DNA from: Podarcis vaucheri
Taxonomy: Eukaryota
Strand: one strand, 5' to 3'
DNA length: 64,000 nucleotides
NCBI GenBank assembly: GCA_965113315.1
Contig: OZ220370.1
How positions within the stretch are numbered: the first letter of the stretch is position 1; the number at the start of each line of letters is the position of its first letter. The translations under genes were made by a program, and so were the position numbers. Below, one piece after another: positions 11,863 through 25,834 of the stretch. The notes beneath the pieces are model-generated. The model was not told the DNA's origin. It saw only the letters and a program-made list of their open reading frames with translations, and searched no databases.

Positions 11863-13649
11863 CCTATCCAGACATGTAGAAGCTGTCGTGTGTTTTAATC
11901 TGTTTTTAGCTTATTGTTCATTTCAGTTATTTTTGAAAGTTGTAAATACTTGCTTTTACTGTTTTTAACTGGTCATTTTATTGTTCTTATTCTTTTCATA
12001 AACTGCTTTGAAGTTTTATTACCATTAAACAGTATGTGAATGTTCTGCAATTAATTAAATAAATAAAATGGCCTTGCTGCTCAGCTGGCTAGTAACACCT
12101 TGTCTGAGTTATAAAATATTTTTATCCCTCCGTAGGCTGCAGGTACCTGAGGTATAATAGTTTTATAGTTATTGTACATTTAAAATGCTCTAAAACTCAA
12201 TATTAAGGGGTTTGGTTTGCTGCTTATTTAAATGGATTATCCCTGCTTTAAAAACCTTGTTGTTGAGGGACAATTTCTTGGATGTGTTTTCTGTGTCTAA
12301 ACCTTCCCCCCCCCCCCAGTTACATTAAAACATCAAAAATTGGTTGTAATAGCACAAGTGGTACTAGGACTGTATGTGAGAGATCCAAATAGAAAATAGG
12401 AACAACATGTTGGCAGCTGATCTTCTAAAACTTATTTTGACAAAGTTAATTTAACTAAGCTGATAAAAGTCCTGCTATCAGTGTTCTATTTCAGAAGATG
12501 CACACATACACTTAAATGTGGCAAAATAAAAGGCTATAGCATAAATGTTCTTTATATTTATGTTTCAACCACATAACTTGCTATGTTTGCAAATGAGATG
12601 CATGTTTGTACATGCTTTGTGCTAATGTTTTAGTCTTAATTACTACTTATCAGATGTAAATAAGATGCGAGTCCTCCAGTTCCACTAGAGAAGAGGGAGT
12701 TTCAAACTTGTAACACGTTCTTGCTTTCCATAAAGTGTGCGTGTTCATGTTTATCTTGTTGATCGATAATTAACATGCATTTATATGCAGTTGGTTTGTT
12801 TCTTAAAGAAGCATGTTACTATCATAGCAAAGCTTTTCTGATCAACTGTGTTAGCCACCCCTGCTATAAAAGTTAATGGCTGGAAAATTGTCAGAATTAA
12901 ATATTGAGTCAGTAGTGTGAGATGCTCAATGTGAAGCTGACTTTTTACAAGGCAGTACTTTCTAGACATATGAGGACACCGGAACAATCAGAGGAAGATT
13001 TTGCTGTGTCTTTTTTATATGATATAGATAATTATAGCTGAAGATACTTGGTTGGTTCGCCTTATTTCGTCTTAGACTCTTAGCAAGTTACTATAATTTG
13101 TGTATGATTTGAGCCAGTCAGACAGGCTAGAGCACAGGATAGTCATGGCAACCCTCCGGTGTGTATACGCTTCTGCAGAGCCAGAGTGGTGAGTGGCTAG
13201 TATGTTGGAAACCCAGGTTCAAATCCTTGCTCAACACTAAAGCTCCCAGAGCAAGACATTATCTCTCACTCAGTTGTCATTCTAAATGCCTCTGAGGAAA
13301 GGAAAAATGTAAATACTAAAACCGGCAGTACAATTTGGGACATAAATAATTTCCTGAATTTTTTACCGCAAGAGTCTCTGGCATGTCTTAAGTATGAGTA
13401 ACCTGAAAATAATCACTTGCTTTACTTATCTCCTCTTGCTTTATCTCCTCTCTACTGGAGTTGGCAAGACTGGTTGGCAAAGCATCCTCCATAACAATAT
13501 TTTAGGAATTTTGGAGACTAGTTCTTTCCCCTTAGAGGCACAATATGGCCTAGCTGCCACCGTGCGTCATAAACTTCAGTGTACTTTGTTGGTAGAATGT
13601 GGTGGTATTACTCTGGCGTTAAAAGGGTATTGCTTTGTAACTACTTAAG

Positions 13650-13828
13650 GAAAGGTAGCTTAGTGATAGAGCACCTGTTATTCATGCAAAGCACCAGATT
13701 CAGTCTTTGGCATCTCCAGGTAGGGCTGGGAAAGATTCTTCTTTAAAAACCTGAAGAGTCACTGCCAGTCAGTGTTGAGCCAGATAGTCCAATGGTCTGA
13801 CTTCATATAAGACTGAGTTCTATGTTTT
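13650..13828 (+). mobile_element. tRNA-derived SINE (Squam3-like), degenerate
   Basis: A-box-like TAGCTTAGTGATAGAGC and body GGCATCTCCAGGTAGGGCTGGGAAAGA...CCAATGGTCTGAC; related copy at 63704. Confidence 0.65.
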
Positions 13829-14730
13829 ATGTACTGATCAGAAACTTCATTAACACCACATGTGTGTTTTCATTGAAATAGGATACAAAATTTGAGTGTG
13901 TGTTTTAATAGGAACAAGTAACATCAGCACAACGGTCTACAGTGCTAATGAACATGAAACATGGGCAGGAAATAGTCAGAAAATGGGTTGTTACTTATGC
14001 TTGATCCAACTGTCAGGCACTCCCTGCTGGAAAGGTGATAATGCCTGTTTGGACCAAAAGTGGACCCATGGCTATTGGACAATGCTGCCTCTAAAGACTT
14101 GGCATTAACATTAGAATGCATAGTATTTCTGGGGGTCTCCCCTGAAATTTTTTAATAAATGTCCCTTTGGAAGGGGTCATAAGTGTTTCTGTTGGGACCC
14201 CCTAAGGCCCGAGCACACCAAATTTATGTAGACTGCTTGTTCCTCACTTTGTAAGCTAACAAGTGTCCATTTTGCCTCACACTAATCTTTGCCTTGTAAA
14301 AATTTGGGATATTTAAATTAGAATGTGTTTATCATCAGAATACTGCTACCGTAATGAACTATTACTATTGCACTTTGACTGTTAATACTGATAGGTTTCT
14401 AAGACCCTTTTTGAAAAAGGATTGGCTTTGCCATTACATCTTTCAACCTAGCTGTTAGATATTGTCTTTATATCCTTAATTTACTAATTAATTATTCAAT
14501 CACTCCTTCCCCCCTAATTTGTTATGACATCTGGCTTGGCACCTCTTTGTTGTTGTGAAACTTGTTTGCTGGAAGCTTTTGGGTTCATTGTTCATTTGCG
14601 CTTCCATATTTTCCATGTTATTTTTAGCTAAGCAAATGCAGCTATGTAAATATTTCTTCACTTATAAAATCCATAGACATTGTATAGGGAACTGGAAACA
14701 GGCTCGTAGTTTTATTAATAAAACCTTTAG

Positions 14731-14870
14731 NNNNNNNNNNNNNNNNNNNNNNNNNNNNNNNNNNNNNNNNNNNNNNNNNNNNNNNNNNNNNNNNNNNNNN
14801 NNNNNNNNNNNNNNNNNNNNNNNNNNNNNNNNNNNNNNNNNNNNNNNNNNNNNNNNNNNNNNNNNNNNNN
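14731..14870. other. Sequence gap (140 N) covering the 5' part of CHD7 exon 16
   Basis: N run. Confidence 0.99.
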
Positions 14871-14974
<104 letters not shown>

Positions 14975-15844
14975 TGAGAAAAATATAATCCAATTCTAGG
15001 AAATAGCAGTTATTCAACGTGCTATCAAGTATTTAACCTGTATTGCAAAATGTGGAAACAATGAAACAGGCGCTTAACATCATGAAATGGGAAAGTGGAT
15101 AAGTATAGCAATAATTGTTCTGTTGGTTGTAACCTTTCACTCACAATCATAACAGACCACCATTGTATTCATGGTTAGGCTTGACAACCATGACTTTGAC
15201 TTTTAGAATAACTGGTGCACATTATGAATAGGATAAAAATGTGTTTTCTACTAAAGACATATTCGGTCGTAAATATTACTCACAAGCTAACCAAGCTAAT
15301 ACAAAAATATTCTGTACCTTTATTCTTCTGCTGCCTCTTAATGCTGGCTGAAATATTAAAACAGAGCAAGAAATCGATAGCATGAGTATTTTCTTAACCA
15401 AGTTATTTTGTTAACTTGCACTCATGCTTTCAGGAAAATGCAAGATTATTGTCAATGTGATTTTGAAATCAAGTTTGAAAACAAGGGAAACATTTGCTAA
15501 AGGCAGAAAATGGGAGTGAATTCTATCTCCTCTTTATATTTGCTTCCCTTTACACTCTACCATTTGAGCCTGGGCTGGTTGGCATTCATCTGTCTCAGAA
15601 GACAGGGGAAGAGGGCGCCTTCAGGGGTGAAGTCAAACCATTGGAAAGTTACAGAGCCTGCTGTGACTGTAGAGACTGATACGAGAGAGACATGTTTTGT
15701 TGCAACTGGGGCAGCAAGATTTTAAAGTTATGGGGTGAGGAGCACAACTATAAATATTGTAATTGTTTAAGTACATAATGTTGATTCCCCCCCCCCTAAA
15801 TTCTTTGCAAAGATACTCGCCTTGTTTTTTGGTTCTGTTTGTAA

Positions 15845-16240
<396 letters not shown>

Positions 16241-16262
16241 TAACAATTCCATATTTTTCCAG

Positions 16263-16430
16263 GCTCAAGCTCGATGTCACAGGATAGGACAGAGCAAGTC
16301 AGTGAAAATCTACAGGCTGATAACAAGAAATTCTTATGAAAGAGAAATGTTTGACAAAGCAAGTTTGAAACTTGGTCTTGATAAGGCTGTGCTTCAGTCC
16401 ATGAGTGGAAGAGAGAATGCTACAAATGGG
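16263..16430 (+). CDS. CHD7: CHD7 exon 18 (motif VI: [10 protein letters not shown])
   Basis: cag|GCT...GGG|gtaaga, 168 nt. Confidence 0.97.
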
Positions 16431-16893
16431 GTAAGAACAGCATTAATATATTCACTCAAGAGCCACCTAAATTTGCAGTGCACTTTCCATATATTCTAAT
16501 TTCATCAAAGAGCTTGAGTTGTGCACATACTTTTATTCTTTTTGTAAACCGCTTTGAGGTTTTTTCTTACAATCAAGCAGAATATAAATTTTATGAAATA
16601 AAAAAACTAGTCATGATCTATTTTTACATTTAATGTACTTTTTAAAAAAATGTGAAAAGCATCCGTTGGGAGGGCTCATTATTACTGGGATCGTGGCAGG
16701 CAGAGCTTCAATATTCCTCCTAAACTGTGTTCTAGTTTTGCCTCCCCATCCCAAAAGAAGACTGTTAGAAGTCTTTTCTTTGAATTTAGTAAACATTTCT
16801 TAAATCAGTTTTTTTTTGTGTGTGGAGAAAGCTGATTGTAAACTGTTTTACATAATTTTAACAAGAGCTTTTTCTTTTGCGCACATATTACAG

Positions 16894-17073
16894 GTACAGC
16901 AACTATCTAAAAAAGAGATAGAAGATCTATTGAGGAAAGGTGCTTATGGTGCTCTAATGGATGAAGAGGATGAAGGTTCCAAATTCTGCGAGGAGGATAT
17001 AGATCAGATTCTTTTGAGGCGGACACACACAATCACTATTGAGTCTGAGGGCAAAGGCTCTACATTTGCAAAG
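16894..17073 (+). CDS. CHD7: CHD7 exon 19 ([19 protein letters not shown]...STFAK)
   Basis: cag|GTA...AAG|gtgagc, 180 nt. Confidence 0.96.
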
Positions 17074-18279
17074 GTGAGCATTAACATTTATGGGGTTGTT
17101 TTTTGTATAAATGGAAACGTATGTTGAGTGATCTTTTGTCTCTTGGTGTGCCTCTTTATAGCTTAAAACCCTTATATCCCACAAGGCAAGCAGGACCTAA
17201 GGAGTCACTATGCCAAAATATATTCCAAAATTTTCCTCAGTCCTGCACAAGTGTGTGTTGACACAAATGCAGCCTCAAAATCATGCTCTTTGTATGTCTG
17301 TGAGCCCCGCAGAGGACAGTTTGAAAATTTCAGAACATAAAAAGGCCTTGACAGGCTAATTCTTCTCTTACTTTCTTTTTAAAAACATTATATACCACTT
17401 AAATGTAAAGATAGATGAATTTCAAAGCAGTTTACAGATTTCAAAGCAGTTTAGATTTCAGATCTAAAGCTGACACAAATGGCCATAGAGAATATGTGTT
17501 TTGGTTATTGGAGCACTTAACCCCATTCTTCATGGCATATCAGCAGTGAGCATTGATGGCAGTTACAGACAGGAGTGTAGTCTGTTGCATCTTAAAACTA
17601 GATGAAAAGTGGAGATGGGCCTAGAGCTTGCAGACCCTTATTGCAAAGTTCTTTGTACAGATAAGCAGTAGCAAATCATAGTGGCTTAAAATGTGTCTCC
17701 ATCAATGGTTTATAGAGAAGGCTACAACCCTTTGGGAATACATGGACTAAAATGCACATTGTGCGCACAGATAAGCATGCACATGCACATATCAAAGCAG
17801 TCATCCAACCCCCTCTTCTCCAGTTTTTGCTGCTCTGCAAGAGATCTTTGCCCTATCGCTGAGAATAGAACAGGTCTTTTTTTCCAAAGGGAATTTTACA
17901 TTTTAAGAGAAAGCATATCTACCCAAAATTCAGACACTTAGTTATTTACAGTCTCAAGCTCCTGCAGGTAGCCCATCAGAGTACCTGACTTTGTTGTCAA
18001 AAAAGGGGCCCAACCATTGCTTAATTTATAACTTGATACCTGCAGCACCTAGCAGACTTTTATTCAAAGTGCAGGCCTCATGGCTGCAACATCCAAACAG
18101 TTGATTTTATTCCCACCCCCCACAGATATCGAGCCTCACAGAGCTGTAGAGAAGTCAAAAGGTTGCTCACTGTTTTGTGGTGTTTTGGTTGGTTCTAACA
18201 CAGGTATTGCTCAAGTATGGATTGGGGGGGGTTTCCTTATAAACGCAACTTGACTGCCTTTATTTTTATAGGTATTTCA

Positions 18280-18517
18280 CAGTGGACCCTCCGGATACGA
18301 ATTAAATTTGTTCCGGAGGTCCGTACTTAACCTGAAAAGTTCATACCTGGAGGTGCCCCTTCTGTGCAATAAAGCGCTTCTGTGCATGCGTGCAGCACAC
18401 AGAGCGCTTCTGCACGTGCGCGGGCGGCAAAACGTGGAAATATACACTTCCAGGTTTGCTGCGTTCACAACCCAAAAGTTACGTATCCGGAGTGGTACGT
18501 AACTCAAGGGTCCACTG
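18280..18517. mobile_element. Tc1/mariner (Tigger/pogo-like) MITE
   Basis: TIR CAGTGGACCCT / AGGGTCCACTG, 3' TA (5' side reads CA), subterminal inverted CTCCGGATACG. Confidence 0.8.
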
Positions 18518-18632
18518 TACTTACATTGTTATACCATAGATGTAAAAAACCCAAGGTGAATAAATTCATATTTATTTATTTTTGTTAATATATATCTTTG
18601 AATAATGATTGGAGATAATTGTTGTATTTTAG

Positions 18633-18743
18633 GCTAGTTTTGTTGCATCTGGTAACAGAACAGACATTTCACTGGATGATCCTAACTTCTGGCAGAAGTG
18701 GGCAAAAAAAGCTGAGCTTGACATTGATGCCTTAAATGGAAGG
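18633..18743 (+). CDS. CHD7: CHD7 exon 20 ([37 protein letters not shown])
   Basis: tag|GCT...AGG|gtgaga, 111 nt. Confidence 0.96.
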
Positions 18744-18841
18744 GTGAGAGAATGAAACCATTAAATACTTTTAGATCACTATAATGTGATTTTTTAAAAA
18801 CAAACAAACAAACAAACAAAACATCTCTTTTTTAATTATAG

Positions 18842-19047
18842 AACAACCTAGTTATTGATACACCAAGGGTAAGAAAGCAAACTAGACTATACAGTGCAGT
18901 CAAAGAAGATGAACTGATGGAATTTTCTGATCTGGAAAGTGATTCTGAAGAAAAACCCAGTATAAAACCCCGTAGACCACAGGACAAATCTCAGGGTTAT
19001 GCACGAAGTGAATGCTTTAGGGTGGAAAAGAATCTGTTGGTTTATGG
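18842..19047 (+). CDS. CHD7: CHD7 exon 21 ([15 protein letters not shown]...[12 protein letters not shown])
   Basis: tag|AAC...GG|gtaagt, 206 nt. Confidence 0.96.
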
Positions 19048-19550
19048 GTAAGTAAAACGAGCCTCAAATGACTTACTGCCGTAAATTTAGCCAGACTGCC
19101 TTAATGAACTACCATTAAGGTGAGATTAAGAGCCTCTGTCTAAACTTTGCTCCTATAAAGTTGTATACAGTTATTACAAATAAAGGATTACAGGATCAAG
19201 CTCAAATTGATCCCCAAATCTCAAGACTGCAGAAACAGCTCTGGCATAGAATTTCCTGAATAGATTTTCCTGCTCTGAGCCTATAAGGGCTATTGGCATT
19301 AAACATGTGTATTTTATTATTTCCAGTATAGTTAAATTGTGGCTTTTATGAGCAGTGAACTTGCTGCCTGCTCAGTAAAATAAATATTCTTAAGTCCTTG
19401 GTGCTAGAAACTGGATTCCCTGATGTGACCTGCAAATTCAAAATGTATTTAATGCTAACACCAGAAGCCCCATTCTAGCTGTCATTTGGGAGCTAATGTC
19501 AAAATGTGAAATCCAGTTCTAGGTATGTACGCTTTCTATTTTTCTTGTAG

Positions 19551-19750
19551 TTGGGGACGATGGACTGATATCCTCTCACATGGGCGCTATAAACGCCAAC
19601 TAACAGAACAAGATGTGGAAACCATCTGCCGAACAATCCTTGTGTATTGTCTCAATCATTACAAAGGGGATGAAAACATCAAAAGTTTTGTCTGGGATCT
19701 AATCACTCCCACTGCAGATGGACAAACACGAGCCTTGGTTAACCATTCTG
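19551..19750 (+). CDS. CHD7: CHD7 exon 22 ([15 protein letters not shown]...ALVNHS)
   Basis: tag|T...CTG|gtaggc, 200 nt. Confidence 0.96.
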
Positions 19751-20767
19751 GTAGGCTTCTGCACATTTTTCTTTGGTATCAAACTCTGTAGCATGCCTAG
19801 CACAGCGTTCTAAAGCTGAGATGGGGAACTTGTGGCTCCCTAGATGCTGGGCTCTAGCTCCCATCAGCCTCGGCCAGGATGGCCAGTGGTCAGGCATGCT
19901 GGAATTTGTGGTGCCATAACAACTTAGTCACCATATTTGGTGTGGTGGCTTGGCGTTGACTTTGAGATGGGAAAACCGGAATAAACTCCCTGTTGTAACA
20001 TTTGTTCCAGGTAACCAACAGATCCATGCAGTCCTTTCTTATAATGATTTTTTGGGGGGCGGGGGGAATGAATGTACAAAAGTTTTTTGTTTGTTTTTTT
20101 CAAAAAAATTCACAGTGCTCTTGAATTGGTACAAATTAAAACCAAATTTATGATGGTGGCATTTTTCAAAACAACTTTTGAGAAGTTGTTGTGGAAGAAA
20201 TGGACCCTAGTTAGCTGACTTAGGTGTTTAGCAGTTTCATTTTTGACTCATTTCAATAAGGGTAAATTGGACTGCTAATAACTTGGAAAGTTAAGCATAT
20301 TTTTTTGAAGGGAGCGAACCCTGAAAGGGCAGGGGTGATGGCTAACATCAAAAGGCAACTAAATTGGTTCCAAATTTCTTTTCCCCCTTTTTTTTCTTTT
20401 AAAAAGGGTTTAACAAATATTTAAAACAGCTGCTGGGGTCGCCTTTATAACACAACAGGATTGAAAATAAAAGCTGAGATTCTTAGGATGTTGAATTGTG
20501 CTACAAGTACTACAATCTGTACTTTACTTTGTTTCTGCCATATCTTCCTGCACCTGCAACCCTGATTGTAGTCTCACGGACAGTAGTGCAATAGTGAATG
20601 AGAATTAGCTTTCCACATGTCACTCTGTGCGCACTTTGCAGTTTGTCAGGAGTGAATGCTGAAAGAAGAGCTATATGAAAGTGATTTCACAGATGGGTGT
20701 CCCCCTTGAACATAGAATCAGTGCTAATGCTTTCTGTTGAAAAAGCCTGCATGTGTGTGTTTCTTAG

Positions 20768-20927
20768 GCTTGTCTGCTCCAGTGCCCAGGGGAAGAAAAG
20801 GCAAAAAAGTGAAAGCCCAGAGTGCACAACCTGTGCTACAGAACGCTGACTGGCTTGCAAGTTGTAACCCAGATGCCTTATTTCAGGAGGACAGCTATAA
20901 GAAACACCTCAAACATCACTGTAATAA
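20768..20927 (+). CDS. CHD7: CHD7 exon 23 ([13 protein letters not shown]...[10 protein letters not shown])
   Basis: tag|GC...AA|gtaagt, 160 nt. Confidence 0.96.
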
Positions 20928-23159
20928 GTAAGTTTTTAAATTTCCTTGCTTTTACCCAATGACCTAGACTTTGATGTTTTCTCAGTATTCATATCTTAGT
21001 ACCATGCAAAGACCTATAGATTGCTGTGTCTATTGCATTTAATTTGTGGTATATCACTAATCAGCTCCAAAGTTGACTTGGCTGTTAACAAGCTTTCTCT
21101 GAGTGATTAATTTTAATCAAACCTTCTAAGGATGCAGTTTTTATTTTAGCACAAAGAAGTGTGGGTAACTGTCATGGCAAAAATGTTCCTTGCATCTGCT
21201 ATCACCATCATGATAATCATCTATTGCCTGCACTTCATCCTAATGTGAATAAGATTGGTCCTAGGAAAAAAACACACCCCAGGTGTCAAAAGCCAGGGTA
21301 AAGAGCCAAAATGATTTCTCTACAAATTTATCTGTATAAATTGCTACCTTTCCTCTAGCTTTCTCTGTTTGTTTAAATACCTGGTAAGATGCTTTCACAA
21401 GTATACCAGATTGATTTATGGTATTCTTATGAATGATACTGATATGTAAAAAACGGGGGGTTGTAAATTCATTGGAGTGCTATAGCTTACTGCTACTCGT
21501 GTACCGTGTGTATGACATTAATCCTATCATGCTACTCAAAGAAAGTATTAAGCGATGCAAAGTGTCCTGTGGGTGTTTTGGGGAGAGAACAGATATAGGT
21601 TGTAATCTTACTTGGAAATGAGCGTCATTGAAATCAATAGAACTTTAAAGTAAATATGAGTGGGATCAGGCTGAAACATTTATAAGGATTTGTTGTCTTG
21701 AGCAAAGAAAACATTTCACTTAACAACTTGATGATGAGTTCATAACAAACCCACTGTATACAATTTAAGCAGCTTCCATAAAATCCACTTGTAGCATTCA
21801 GTGCCTGTTCAAATGTGTGTCTTGCAGTATAGACTTGGTGTCCTGTCCTCTTGTTGCATTACAGTATAGGAAGATCTAAACTACAGATTAAAATCATTCC
21901 AATCTCACCTTTTGTAAATATTATTTCTGTAAGTGTAAAACAATGTAGTTTAGAGTTATGCAGAAAATTCTGTCAGAGCATCTTCTTTGCCTACTTACTA
22001 TTTGCTTCTTACACCAAGAATGGCTAATTGCCATACAGAAGCAAATTAAATCCTGGAAGAGTGAAATGGGGGTGGGGGGGGAGAGAAGGAGAAATAGCCA
22101 TCTCTTTTCTAGAGTTGCTTTAATTGGTGAATAAAGAGTCTACAAATCTTAATGGGAAAAGTTTGTGCTTTTATCTGCATGCTATATTTCCACAGTATTA
22201 ACCTGTAGTACCGTACATTCAGCTGCTTAAAAATGCTGCTGCTGGTCCTTAAAGTGCCTAGGTGCTGTATATAGATTATTTAGGGCACTTTCTCAAGAGG
22301 TACAGCTGATAGATGCACGCCTTGGACTTGCTTGTGTTCCTTGAGCATCTCCTTCATCCCTTCTTCCCTTCTCTCCATCACTCGCCCTCCAAAAAAAAAA
22401 AAAAATTATATGGCAAAAGATTTCTGAAATTGAGCAGAGTTATAAAAGCAGTTTGTGATATGGCATGAAGGTTTGGCATTAAAGAAAAACAAGTCAAAAA
22501 TTCCAATGGGTGAGCAGAAGCCCTCGGGCATGTCTAATGTTGCTCTTTGTATCCCAGTCATTGTGCTTGTATGCGTATTATTTATTGGGTGCCCTACTGA
22601 ATAACAGATGTGGTGGTTTTTCTATGTCACATCCATAGACATTGCAGACTTGTCTTTGGATAGATGTACATTCAACCTGGTGACATGACCCTAGGTGAAC
22701 TGCATGTTTTGAGCACAGAAGTAACTAATTAAGAAGTTTCTGTAGAAGTAAAGAAACTAGAAGTATAAGAAGTTGTGCCAATGCTTTGCATCCAGATACT
22801 ATAATGTATGAAGCAGAACTTACACAGCTTGCTGTATTCAGATCCAGGAGCCCCTCAGGGTCATGGATATTTCTTCACTTTTTACAAACCCAAGAAGATA
22901 AAAGTGTGATGGTACTCATTTTTCTGTACCATGAGCACCATATTGTTATAAATTATTATAATTTTTTAGAACTTCTCAAGATTCCACTGTATCTTGAGCA
23001 GGCCCATTCTGTGAGTAGTTGTATTTTTATCTGTGCTAAATCAGGAATGGCCATTTCCTTCAGCCTGGGGTACAGGCTTTCCCTAGCCAATCTTCTCAGG
23101 GACCATCACCCACTCCTGTAATCCCTCCACATTGGTACATTGGCTAAGGATAATCTAAG

Positions 23160-24495
23160 CATCTGGTTTTGGGACTGAATTGGACTTGGTCACCCTTAAT
23201 CAGGAAAAGGACAGAGGAAATGTGGCCCTGTTGCTTCTGCTAGATCTCAGTGGCCTTTTGATACTATTGACCTTGGTGTCATACTGGACTGGCTTGGTAG
23301 GTTGCAGGTTTAAGGCACTGTATAGACCGGTTTCTATCTATAGGGAGAGTTCCAGAGAGTGACTTTAGATGACTGCACCCCTGACCCCTGGCAGCGGTGC
23401 TGTGGGGTGCTACAGGTAATGTATTGTCCCCAGTGCTGTTCAACATCTATATGAAGCTGCTGACAAGCAGTCAGAATGTTGAAAACACCCAGCTCTGTTG
23501 CTGTGTTATGTGTGAGTGAACATGCATGTCCTGGACTAGTGTCTGGATATATTAGTGGGCTGAGTGAGGTCCAGTAAGCTGAAGTTGAATTGTGATAACG
23601 TGGAGGTCCTTTGGGCGAGTGATCTCCAGCTCTGGGAATTAGGCGTATTGCCTGGTCTGAACAGGGTTCCTCTCCCCTTGAAGGAATAGGTATGTAGTCT
23701 GATGGGTGCTTCTTGAGCCATCATTGTCACTGAAGGCCCAAAATAAGCCTTTTACCACCTTCAGTTGAAACATAGGTTACATCTGTTCCTGGCTGAGGTA
23801 ACTTGGACACAGTGATCCATTCAGGGCTTTTTTTCAGCTGGAACTCACAGGAACTCAGTTCCGGAACTTCTCAGATGGGCGCCATTGCCATTATAAAAGA
23901 ACAAGGTTCACGGTGGGCTATGACACTTCTTTTTCTTGAAAAATAGCACTGGATCCATGCACTGGTAACCCTAGGACAGTCTAGACAAAGGTGCCTACAG
24001 TTATTAGTTGAAGTTACCTACAATGAACATGTGATACACCATTAAAAGAAATTGCTTTAACTGCCAATCTGTTGCTGACCCAGGTTTCAACCTAAAGAAC
24101 TTGGGAGCCAGATTAGCTGAGATTACTCCTTCTTCCATATAGACCTGCCCATTCATAAAGCTATTTAGCTGACACCCTCCTACTACCTGCTGAAATCCAT
24201 CCTGTGGCAACCCAGATGAGGGCTTTTTCTGTGGTAGCACTCAGTTTGTGGAATAGTCTTTCTTCTTAAAGAAGGCAGGCGCTAACTGTGAAATGTTTTC
24301 AGCTCTTGGTAGAAACATTGTTATTTGCCCAATCATCTTCTGGCCATTGATACCCATTTCTCAAATTGTTCTGGTTGTTGCTGTATTCATGTAGTTTTAA
24401 TGTTTATTTTATTGAATTGTTTTATATTATTGTTGTACACCGCCTTGCAGTGTTCAATAAATGCAGCATAGAAGTATTTTAGATTAATAAATAAT
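23160..24495 (+). mobile_element. Degenerate L2-clade LINE (RT region to 3' tail)
   Basis: DRGNVALLLLLDLS..FDTID RT motif, GV.QG..LSPVLFNIYM, DTVIHALVT, RAF.VVA..LWNSL; AATAAATAA tail. Confidence 0.8.
23822..23951. mobile_element. hAT-type MITE nested in L2
   Basis: Ends CAGGGCTTTTTTTC / GAAAAATAGCACTG; 8-bp TSD GATCCATT/GATCCATG interrupting the L2 DTVIHALVT codons. Confidence 0.8.
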
Positions 24496-25345
24496 AGTTT
24501 TTCCCATTTTCAGATAGTTTTCTAGCATCATTGGGAGTGAATATAATTGCGTGTTTGGTTATATCAATTTAATCTTTGACTGGGAGCATACGATTATAGC
24601 TTCAAAACAGTTTTACAGCATGTCAGAGGTGTTACATTGTAAATTTGAACTAGGTTCCGTTCCGTTGTCATCCAATCTAGGCAGGTGAAATAGTAGTAAA
24701 TTTGGCAGAACTTTTTTTCCCCCTTTTAATCCTGTCTTTAGGAAACACTGACTTTTCCGTTCTCAGAAGCAAAAAATTGTACAATCGTAACAAGCCTGAC
24801 ATTCCNNNNNNNNNNNNNNNNNNNNNNNNNNNNNNNNNNNNNNNNNNNNNNNNNNNNNNNNNNNNNNNNNNNNNNNNNNNNNNNNNNNNNNNNNNNNNNN
24901 NNNNNNNNNNNNNNNNNNNNNNNNNNNNNNNNNNNNNNNNNNNNNNNNNNNNNNNNNNNNNNNNNNNNNNNNNNNNNNNNNNNNNNNNNNNNNNNNNNNN
25001 NNNNNNNNNNNNNNNNNNNNNNNNNNNNNNNNNNNNNNNNNNNNNNNNNNNNNNNNNGGTTGGGCTGAGCTCGATCCCTCTCTGTNNNNNNNNNNNNNNN
25101 NNNNNNNNNNNNNNNNNNNNNNNNNNNNNNNNNNNNNNNNNNNNNNNNNNNNNNNNNNNNNNNNNNNNNNNNNNNNNNNNNNNNNNNNNNNNNNNNNNNN
25201 NNNNNNNNNNNNNNNNNNNNNNNNNNNNNNNNNNNNNNNNNNNNNNNNNNNNNNNNNNNNNNNNNNNNNNNNNNNNNNNNNNNNNNNNNNNNNNNNNNNN
25301 NNNNNNNNNNNNNNNNNNNNNNNNNNNNNNNNNNNNNNNNNNNNN

Positions 25346-25394
25346 AAGTTATAGGGGACCAAGCTGACAAGATCTTGGAGGGTGCTGACTCAAG
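25346..25394 (+). CDS. CHD7: CHD7 exon 24, visible 3' part (VIGDQADKILEGADSS); 5' part lies in gap 25086-25345
   Basis: Translation matches CHD7; donor AAG|gttagt. Confidence 0.9.
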
Positions 25395-25834
25395 GTTAGT
25401 GCAAATTTAGGTTGATATGTTGCTTTATGTGAGCTGTAACCTGTGCATATTTATTTTAGATCAGAGGAATTTAAAGATTTAGCAGTTGCATATCTGTTCA
25501 GGGCATTTTATCATTTCATGCTTTGAGTGTGGTTGGTGAGGGTGACTAGAAGATGGGTAATGGGGATTTTTCATTTCATAGGGAGGAAAAATTCATTAAT
25601 ACCTGCTTTGATAGGGTGGGTCAGATTCTAATATTTAATATAAATATTTTAGAGGGGAAAGTATTAATCAATAAATAATATTAACACTTCTATTGTTTAT
25701 AACCACTTTGGGATTTTTCAAGTATCTTGATGCCTTGTGTAATCAAGTTTGCTCTTCCAACACTTAGTGTGAACACATTTAAATGTGATACCTAACCTTC
25801 AGAGGTATTTCCAAATGTGTAACTCTTTTTATAG

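Larger units (their letters stand above)
10544..12070 (+). mobile_element. Degenerate L2-clade LINE, 5'-truncated and lacking the RT core
   Basis: Broken ORF2 motifs: AHNRTYYVAVQATKKAHFSACIAAS, DVDKVL..LDPCP, LKEVVAWPLLKKP, DYC.VLCVGLPL, HITPLLRDLQWL, YKALNNLG; AT-rich tail. Confidence 0.8.

Noticed and set aside
24710-24805. Strong acceptor-like TTTTAATCCTGTCTTTAG|GAAAC before the gap as the possible start of exon 24
   Set aside because: In the required phase it reads AAG AAA CAC TGA (stop) and does not resemble CHD7; any donor would be hidden in the gap, so it cannot be assessed
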